A DNA stretch of 15,103 bases from an uncultured bacterium (GTDB lineage: Bacteria; JAJVIF01; JAPKYR01). This document shows, piece after piece, positions 8,775-15,103 of the stretch. The stretch is taken from assembly GCA_965369865.1 (NCBI GenBank), contig CBDURU010000086.1, positions 1-15,103 on the forward strand, in the 5' to 3' direction. Below the pieces are notes generated by a model. It was given only the letters and a program-made list of their open reading frames with translations, had not been told where the DNA came from and did no database searches. Made by a program: the position numbers and the translations under genes. Position 1 is the first letter of the stretch, and every line of letters begins with the position of its first letter.

Positions 8775-8810
8775 AAGGTCTCTTGTATGACGCAGCGATT
8801 ATTTAATAAT

Positions 8811-8861
8811 AAAATCCTTCTCCATTCCGGATAAGGGTTAATCATTTTCAGTTGGCTCCGC
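8811..8861 (-). repeat. Hairpin module copy R5 with a 9-nt tRNA 3'-end remnant
   Basis: aaaatccttctccattccggataagggtt-aatca-ttttcag-t-tggctccgc. The last 9 nt equal the tRNA 3' end (GCGGAGCCA on the minus strand). Confidence 0.75.
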
Positions 8862-8912
8862 ATCGTTAAGTTGATGGAGGGAAACCTTTGGTCTCTTAAT
8901 AAGTAATGCTAA

Positions 8913-10163
8913 CTATGATGGCAAGTCGATCTGGAAAGCCATTAGTGTAAGAAAAATTTCTTTTTCAGCGTCTGACGGGTGGACAAACTTATAACCAAAT
9001 ACAGTTTCTAAGTTATTCAAGACCTTGGAAGTAAATGACCATTCTGACTTGAAATATTTGTGCTCTTTTAGCGAATGATTCGCTTTAGATATCACCGATG
9101 TTAGATCCGGTTGTCTATTGAACAAGATGATAGAGGTTTTTGTGTCCCGCCATGTTACATAACCTAATAGCTGATCTACAGCTTCCACCAACTTTTTTTG
9201 CCCATTCCAAAACTTACACTCTGCGATAAACGCATTTTCATTCTCATGTCTAATAAGAATATCGGTTTTACCATTTCCATTGAAAGTCTCACCGGTTGCG
9301 CTTCCCTGATAATGGCCATTCAATAAAATTATGAAAAAATTCCGTATATCTTCTTCCTTCAAAGTTGCGAATGTTTTTGGACTACGTTCCATAGCAAGGG
9401 CCATGTCCTTAATTATAGTCAATACATCCTCGTATACATCTGCAGCTAGTGTCGGCTCTTGAGTTAGTGTCTTTGTCTTAGGCAGTTCCAACATTTTTGG
9501 CTTTCTTTGAACGTTCGGAATAGAATAAGTAGCTGGCACATTTTCTCGTTTCTTAATTGGAATTTTGAATGATTGAATGATTGATTTATTTTTCTCTGCA
9601 TTTTGCTTCCTTTCAGTCAATTTACGCTTAATTAATGGCAGTAATTCTGCATTGAAGCGATTCACATCATCAGTAAGGGATTTTGCATTTGATTCAATCA
9701 TATTCACATCCTTAATGTATAATTTTTCTAAATCCTCTTGATCCCGCGCTTGTTCGTTATATGCTAGGCGAATCTCATTTTCAAGTATTGATGCATTCAG
9801 TCCCATCGTAGGAATTTGATAATGTGTTGGCTGCAGTTCGAATATGGAGGCATCACCTTCGAAAGGTAGACAAATAGTGAATTGAATATAATTCCTATTA
9901 CCAGAAATGGTTTCAAGTGGTTTTTCAAGAAGATGGAGTTCATCCCTCCTGAGCTGTGGTGCATTCATTTTATACTTATCTTCAAAATACTTTTCCAAAT
10001 CTTCAAGTGGAGTTGCCAATATAGCATCCATTTCATAGCTCTGTACCTCATGGCTCAAACCATGCTTTCTTAAATCAGCTTCGAAGTTAAAGAGATTACG
10101 TGAAAATAATTGTCTATTTGCCATATCGTATATTTTATCGGACAATTCCACATAGTCAAGCAA
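8913..10163 (-). CDS. Hypothetical protein with a C-terminal PD-(D/E)xK restriction-endonuclease-like domain (start may be ATG 10124)
   Basis: E..IR...GETFNGNGKTDILI...AFIAECKFW...VDQLLGY fits the E/D/ExK/QxxxY nuclease pattern. There is a central coiled coil, and the gene is clearly AT-richer than its neighbours. Confidence 0.75.
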   Translation of the reverse strand: MLDYVELSDKIYDMANRQLFSRNLFNFEADLRKHGLSHEVQSYEMDAILATPLEDLEKYFEDKYKMNAPQLRRDELHLLEKPLETISGNRNYIQFTICLPFEGDASIFELQPTHYQIPTMGLNASILENEIRLAYNEQARDQEDLEKLYIKDVNMIESNAKSLTDDVNRFNAELLPLIKRKLTERKQNAEKNKSIIQSFKIPIKKRENVPATYSIPNVQRKPKMLELPKTKTLTQEPTLAADVYEDVLTIIKDMALAMERSPKTFATLKEEDIRNFFIILLNGHYQGSATGETFNGNGKTDILIRHENENAFIAECKFWNGQKKLVEAVDQLLGYVTWRDTKTSIILFNRQPDLTSVISKANHSLKEHKYFKSEWSFTSKVLNNLETVFGYKFVHPSDAEKEIFLTLMAFQIDLPS

Positions 10164-10266
10164 TGTGCAGATATCCTATCTGATCTCAAACAAATGAATT
10201 TAAGTGTGATAAGTTTATTAAGCTGAGAGGGATTGATACGCATTCGAGGGGTGATCTTTCAAATAT

Positions 10267-10300
10267 AAAAAAGCCCTCCTCATCTGCTTGAGAAGGGCTT
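10267..10300 (-). terminator. Intrinsic terminator of tRNA-Asn (module copy R6)
   Basis: On the minus strand AAGCCCTTCTC-aagcagat-GAGGAGGGCTTTTTT, 10 nt after the CCA. Confidence 0.85.
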
Positions 10301-10310
10301 ACATTTTCAG

Positions 10311-10385
10311 TGGCTCCGCGCCTCGGACTTGAACCAAGAACCAACCGGTTAACAGCCGGTTGCTCTACCATTGAGCTAGCGCGGA
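10311..10385 (-). tRNA. tRNA-Asn (GTT)
   Basis: TCCGCGCTAGCTCAATGGTAGAGCAACCGGCTGTTAACCGGTTGGTTCTTGGTTCAAGTCCGAGGCGCGGAGCCA folds as a 75-nt cloverleaf with anticodon GTT, a TTCAA T-loop and encoded CCA. Confidence 0.97.
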
Positions 10386-10415
10386 ATGCTATTACTATTA
10401 TCGTACCAAAACCAT

Positions 10416-10444
10416 ATTATAACCACAAAAAAACACCCAGACAA
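10416..10444 (-). promoter_or_regulatory. sigma70 promoter of tRNA-Asn
   Basis: TTGTCT (10444-10439), a 17-nt spacer, then TATAAT (10421-10416). Confidence 0.75.
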
Positions 10445-10575
10445 TACGGTCTCAGGGCAGCAACGGAATATACTCTAAAGTGGGGTAAAAATCAAGGATA
10501 ACCTGGACCTGGTGAGGTTACAACTATCCCGGTCATTCTCTCCAGTACATTAAAAGTTCCTCATGTTTCCGGGAT

Positions 10576-10605
10576 AAAAAAAGAATCCCCATGGTAAGGG
10601 GATTC
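10576..10605 (-). terminator. Intrinsic terminator after the multiheme cytochrome gene
   Basis: GAATCCCC-ttaccat-GGGGATTC-TTTTTTT on the minus strand, about 25 nt after the stop codon. Confidence 0.85.
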
Positions 10606-10629
10606 GGTAAATTTCAAATTTTTAAATGA

Positions 10630-12060
10630 TTACTGGATGAATTCTGTAGCGAAATCGATCCGCACCGGCCTAAGCTGGTATTCCGTTCCGATATCATTGA
10701 CTTCCGGTGTAAGCCTGTAATACAGCTGGGCGGTAATATAGAGGCTGTCATCGGTGTCGGGAAGAATGGTCACAAAACTCTCTGTCCGGATTTCACCGGG
10801 GAGGAGGCTTGTGTCGCTAAGGACCTGTGACGCACGGTGTACTTCGAAAGTCCGGTTGCCGAACTCATCGCCAATCACACGCTCGTAGGTTCTGGTTCCT
10901 TCCCACAGAGTTTCGTTCGATGAACCCTTCAGGCGAACAACGAGAATCAACTGGCGCATACCGTTGGAAGTCGGGTAATTGTGGCCAGCCAACGCGTTGG
11001 CGACTTCAACATCAATATAGATCTCGTCACCCTGGATATCGGTCGTGAAATCAACCGTGGCGGTCTCGAGCATGAAATCATAATTATGTCCACCGCCGAT
11101 TTCATGGCTTCGAATATCCGGTCTCCAGTCGCCGCGGAGGCTGGATCGGCCAGGGGCTGGAGCCAAATGGCATTCCTGGCAGCTTACCCTTGTTGCGGGA
11201 TTGTTGTACGCGCTGTCGAACCATTCATTGTATGTGTTGTACACATTAAATCCTAATGGATTTTCGTACTGGTGGCAGCCCCTGCAGTAACGGCTGTCCT
11301 GGTACAGGGAGTTGTATTCAATAGCGTGCGATGAGGTGGTCGCGAACATCCTTGGACCCTGCTTGATGTGTCCCCAGAAGAGTACATACCCTTCGGTTTC
11401 AGTATAATCCACGATGGTGTGACAGTAGTCACAGAAAACACCGTCGATGTTGTTCTCAAGGAACAGGCTTTCGTCCATCATGAAATCCGCCCCGGGAGCA
11501 TGGCACCTCATGCAGTTGACATTGATTTTTCCGTTATAAATGCCGTCTGCCATAAGGCCGTCACCATGAGTCTGGACCGATATCTCACCCTCAATGTCTT
11601 CAATCCTGAATACCGGGACCTCCAGATTCGCGATATCTTCCGAAGCGCTGTGAGCGATCTCCCAGCGTCTCCGTCGAAGCTCTCGACCATGAAGGTCTTC
11701 TTCAGTTTCCAGACCGAGAACCTCGTCGTCCTCAATGTAATACTCATCACCCATCAAATACCGTTGATAATCGGTGTACATGGCCTGGAAGACCGGGTCA
11801 CGCCATGCCTGTGCATGCATGGACTCCGACCAGTCTGCATAGATTTCCATATGGCAGGAAGAACACAGGCTGTTTGCCTGGAAAAAAGAATCGTTGGAGA
11901 CCACCATCTGCATCGTCTCGTCGATCGCTGTAACTGCATCGACATAAAGAGGATCGATTCTGGTGGCTGGACGTGCTAAAAGGTTTGAAACTCCCAGTAC
12001 AATAATGGCCAGAATTGTAATGCTCATCCATACAGATCGTGTGCGGTTTGGCTTAGTCAT
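10630..12060 (-). CDS. Exported penta-heme c-type cytochrome (cytochrome c554-like family)
   Basis: Five CxxCH motifs (CSSCH, CMRCH, CDYCH, CRGCH, CQECH), the CxxCHxEIYxxWxxSMHA signature, AGHNYPTS and an N-terminal signal/TM segment. Start taken as ATG 12060; the track extends to 12111. Confidence 0.88.
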   Translation of the reverse strand: MTKPNRTRSVWMSITILAIIVLGVSNLLARPATRIDPLYVDAVTAIDETMQMVVSNDSFFQANSLCSSCHMEIYADWSESMHAQAWRDPVFQAMYTDYQRYLMGDEYYIEDDEVLGLETEEDLHGRELRRRRWEIAHSASEDIANLEVPVFRIEDIEGEISVQTHGDGLMADGIYNGKINVNCMRCHAPGADFMMDESLFLENNIDGVFCDYCHTIVDYTETEGYVLFWGHIKQGPRMFATTSSHAIEYNSLYQDSRYCRGCHQYENPLGFNVYNTYNEWFDSAYNNPATRVSCQECHLAPAPGRSSLRGDWRPDIRSHEIGGGHNYDFMLETATVDFTTDIQGDEIYIDVEVANALAGHNYPTSNGMRQLILVVRLKGSSNETLWEGTRTYERVIGDEFGNRTFEVHRASQVLSDTSLLPGEIRTESFVTILPDTDDSLYITAQLYYRLTPEVNDIGTEYQLRPVRIDFATEFIQ

Positions 12061-12152
12061 GATAATAATTCTGCCTCTTATGACATTTAGTATGAGATAA
12101 AGAAATTCCAATCAATAATACGCAACCTGCAATCGGCAGGTGCGATTGAGAA

Positions 12153-12181
12153 ACTATACCGGAGATAATACCGTCTGTCAA
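12153..12181 (-). promoter_or_regulatory. sigma70 promoter of the multiheme cytochrome
   Basis: TTGACA (12181-12176), a 17-nt spacer, then TATAGT (12158-12153). Confidence 0.75.
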
Positions 12182-12592
12182 CGCTCTCAACTTTGAAACC
12201 ACAGGTGCGGCCTTTTCATCTGAAAATAACCGATTGGCTTAAATAGAAATTATATTAATGCAAAATGTTCAAATCCCTGAAATTCAATTTGTCCTGAGCA
12301 GGAGAGGGATATCCACCTCCATGCGGCCCAGGTTACTCCTTCGACTGCATATTCGCTGAGCCAGAAATATCACCGTAGAATAACCGGAATCCGGCTGCCA
12401 AAGTGCAGGGACATTCCGGCTTACCCGGACATTATGGGCATCCCTTATCATCCCGGGCCTTTACGTTAGATCAGTCCATATTAAACAAGCGGATGTTTTT
12501 TATCGCCAATAGTTGCGCTACTGCGCTATTTATAATGATATTTATATCGCAATGGCTGTTATAGTAATATTATCTGCTATACAATGTTAATA

Positions 12593-12607
12593 TGGCACGA
12601 AAGTCGC
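12593..12607 (+). promoter_or_regulatory. Putative sigma54 (-24/-12) promoter
   Basis: TGGCACG-AAAG-TCGC versus consensus TGGCACG-N4-TTGC, with correct GG/GC spacing. It sits 40 nt before ATG 12648 and follows an AT-rich tract. Confidence 0.55.
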
Positions 12608-12647
12608 CGGTAAGTATGCAAACGGTTGTTTTTAGAGAGATTTTACC

Positions 12648-13994
12648 ATGATACGTTTAATAACAGTTCTATTCACAATTCTTGTTACCTTTGCGGCATG
12701 TACCACATCAGGCGATTCGATTACTCTATCAGAGCCAGTCACCGGAATCGATTCAACATTAACCGGCCAGCCGGTTTTCACGGATACATCCGAAGGAATC
12801 TCCGAATTCGATACAATTAATATCCTTGGTAAAGTGGACGTAACCTGGAATCCGGCAAATGGAGAGGTGGCGGTCGAATCCAGGTCTGCAAATATTGCCG
12901 CCATTCACGGCAGGATTACATTTTTTCTCACCCCTCCTTTCTGTTATGACTGCCTTATTGTTTCCCTGACCGCCATGGATCCAACGCTTGGAACCGGCTC
13001 GTTTGATGTTACAGTCCGGAATCCAACGATATTTGATGTTTATGAAGTTCGATCGATGATAGTTTACCAGGAAGGTGTAGACCTGGCGGTATTAAATGCC
13101 GATGGGTACACAAGCCTTTTTGAAACAGCGGGTTATGTTTCCCCGACAGCGTTCAGGCTGTTTGCGCGTAACAAGCCAGGCCATTTATTTGGCGGCTATG
13201 AACATCATACAGTTTCTTTCGATATGAAAACCACCCCGGGTATGAGTCCGGTTAATTTCTCGGTAGTAATCTCTGTCGCGCTTCCGGAGAATCCGGGCGA
13301 CGTAAGTTATATCGGTGAATTTCGCCAGTACGGGCAGCTTCTTCCCGGCGGGGGTACGGCATATGTCAGTTTCGATATCCTCGATCTTCAAAATGATATC
13401 GGCGGCGTGTTCCTTCATACCGATGAACTTGGATCGGCGGGTACATGGCTTCTCCCATCGAACGGACGCTGGGAAGCGACCCTGACAAACTATCTTGCCA
13501 TTCCAGGCAACTACACTTTCAGGGTGGATGCGCACTCGGCTAGTCATCAGCAGGGAGTTACGAGTAATTATTACCGTGCGGTGGTTTTCCCCGATTACAC
13601 TACTTTCCGTAACCAGATGTTGAGTTTACTGAATGCAGACAGGGCGAATTTCGGTCTGGGGCCTGTTGCGATGGATGAAATTTTAAATACAGTCGCCCAG
13701 TACCATGCCCAGGATATGGCTGAAAAGGTGTATTTCAATCATATCAACCTCGATGGCTGGACACCCTGGAAAAGAATGGCTTACTTCGGTTACGACTACT
13801 ACACAGCCGGGGAGAATATCGCGGTCGGTCAGGATTCACCATCAGAAGTTGAGATCGCATGGATGAATTCAGCCGGTCACAAAGCGAATATTCTCAACAA
13901 CTCTTTCGGGCATGTCGGGCTTGGAATAGTAGAGACTCCTCCAGGCGATCCGTACGCGCCCGGGTATTACTGGGTACAGGTTTTCTCGGACTAA
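12648..13994 (+). CDS. Lipoprotein with a C-terminal CAP (SCP-like) domain
   Basis: Lipobox TFAA-C. CAP motifs LLNADRA..GL, AQYHAQDM..YFNH, AGENIAVG, WMNSAGHKANIL and YWVQVF. Confidence 0.88.
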   Translation: MIRLITVLFTILVTFAACTTSGDSITLSEPVTGIDSTLTGQPVFTDTSEGISEFDTINILGKVDVTWNPANGEVAVESRSANIAAIHGRITFFLTPPFCYDCLIVSLTAMDPTLGTGSFDVTVRNPTIFDVYEVRSMIVYQEGVDLAVLNADGYTSLFETAGYVSPTAFRLFARNKPGHLFGGYEHHTVSFDMKTTPGMSPVNFSVVISVALPENPGDVSYIGEFRQYGQLLPGGGTAYVSFDILDLQNDIGGVFLHTDELGSAGTWLLPSNGRWEATLTNYLAIPGNYTFRVDAHSASHQQGVTSNYYRAVVFPDYTTFRNQMLSLLNADRANFGLGPVAMDEILNTVAQYHAQDMAEKVYFNHINLDGWTPWKRMAYFGYDYYTAGENIAVGQDSPSEVEIAWMNSAGHKANILNNSFGHVGLGIVETPPGDPYAPGYYWVQVFSD

Positions 13995-14056
13995 TTTGGA
14001 TCAGAACAAATATATTAAACGATCCATACTTGTTTTCTCCCTCTGCTCTCTCCTTC

Positions 14057-14092
14057 CTGGTGGCCGGTCCTCTCCCCGGCCGCCAGCATTTT
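14057..14092 (+). terminator. GC-rich hairpin between convergent genes (possible terminator)
   Basis: CTGGTGGCCGG-tcctctcc-CCGGCCGCCAG followed by catttt; the U-tract is weak. Confidence 0.45.
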
Positions 14093-14188
14093 AGGTTTAT
14101 GGTGATAGGTTGGGAAGGATGTCTGGCTGGAAGCCAAGCGGTAGTTTTGGGGGAATGGAATGATTTCATCGAAGAAATGCAATGATTT

Positions 14189-14908
14189 TCAAATCGATTC
14201 CGCAGTATGCTTTAAAATATTGATATGTGGATCCCATCGCCTGGAGATTCGATCGCATGCAATCTTTACGATCTCGCGATGCTCCGGTCCTGGGATAAGG
14301 AAAAATACCATTCGATTTGTGCTCAGCGAAAAAATCTCTGGGGCATCGGTTTCCGATAGCAACCTTGATGCGGTATCGGATATGAATTTGTCACGGTCAA
14401 TATGTGGAAAATGCTGGTAGATCAATATTGATTGCCGTTTGTCACTGTAGAACGTGCTTACTTCATCCCAGAACAGGTATCTATTGGAATCCTTGATCCC
14501 CTTTCTGACACTATCAGGAGCCAGTCCTGTGTCCGGATCGAAAAATGTAAGCCATATGCCCTCCAGATTGGCCGTCAGATTTTCCATGTAGAATTTACGA
14601 TCATCCGAATCATCTGTAAGCACCGGGGTGTAGAAATATGTTGATGGTTTTGCGAACAGACGTTCTGCATATTTCACATTTCGAATGCCGGTCTGCTTAA
14701 ATTCACTTAGAGCGTCGAATAACTCCGGATCACAATCGCGCCATTTCGCTGGTTGTTTAAGATAGTCGAGGTATCTCCTGTCCGTAGAATCATCGTCCTC
14801 AGTAAACATCCAGCAGATCGCAATACCGGAGGGGTCTGCGCCGGACAATAATCTCAGGACGCCATATTTCTTGTAGTCATTCTCGTCGCCGAAGTATTGG
14901 TTTTTCAT
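14189..14908 (-). CDS. Conserved hypothetical protein, possibly with a SAM-dependent methyltransferase-like fold
   Basis: 239-aa ORF beginning MKNQYFGDENDYKKYG with LTFFDPDTG and ILIYQH. The FxDP motif after a hydrophobic strand resembles motif IV of RlmJ/TcmP-type Rossmann proteins. The function is inferred only. Confidence 0.65.
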   Translation of the reverse strand: MKNQYFGDENDYKKYGVLRLLSGADPSGIAICWMFTEDDDSTDRRYLDYLKQPAKWRDCDPELFDALSEFKQTGIRNVKYAERLFAKPSTYFYTPVLTDDSDDRKFYMENLTANLEGIWLTFFDPDTGLAPDSVRKGIKDSNRYLFWDEVSTFYSDKRQSILIYQHFPHIDRDKFISDTASRLLSETDAPEIFSLSTNRMVFFLIPGPEHREIVKIACDRISRRWDPHINILKHTAESI

Positions 14909-15103
14909 CGCAGATCAAGTCCTTGTGTTTTATTGTGTATATAGTTTACTTGATAAACCTGTTTATTGCTATAGCAGGACCGAAAGATGGAATACTTATA
15001 CCAGGTATTAACCGTTTTTGGCTACTGCGAATTGCTTTACAGGTTTCAGGATGATGATGATAAAAATGAGAAATGAAAAAACCGTAGAACAGCACGGCAG
15101 TGC

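Noticed and set aside
8715..8800. Second functional or intron-containing tRNA-Asn
   Set aside because: There is no 5' acceptor strand or D-arm, and the anticodon stem cannot form; it is a fragment.
1060..10300. Hairpin repeats as a CRISPR array or classical integron attC sites
   Set aside because: Spacing is irregular (140 bp to 4 kb), the copies are diverged and there are no cas genes. I saw no RYYYAAC/GTTRRRY attC ends and no intI. The repeat is explained by the tRNA terminator and 3' end.
10186..10501. Track ORFs 10186..10371 and 10310..10501
   Set aside because: They are translations of the tRNA-Asn gene and its terminator or promoter.
11368..11979. 203-aa + strand ORF
   Set aside because: Antisense shadow of the multiheme cytochrome.
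15051..15103. Possible start of a + strand gene (MMMIKMRNEKTVEQHGS...)
   Set aside because: Only 17 codons are visible with no clear RBS, so it cannot be supported from this window.

Overview
Bacterial window in the standard genetic code, about 50% GC. It carries an intact tRNA-Asn(GTT) on the minus strand (10311-10385). Downstream of the tRNA (leftwards) lie six diverged copies of its terminator hairpin (10267, 8811, 8671, 4539, 4330, 1060). Three of the extra copies still carry remnants of the tRNA 3' end. These modules fall only between genes and split about 10 kb into blocks: an AT-rich PD-(D/E)xK nuclease-like gene; catalase plus an S8 peptidase lipoprotein; a large Ig-repeat lipoprotein plus a CAAX/CPBP protease gene with an in-frame TGA; and a repeat-containing coiled-coil protein that runs off the left edge. 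No integrase is present in the window, so this looks like a tRNA-anchored array of integration scars or cassettes (inference). Right of the tRNA are a penta-heme cytochrome c, a CAP-domain lipoprotein with a sigma54-like promoter, and a conserved hypothetical protein with a methyltransferase-like motif.
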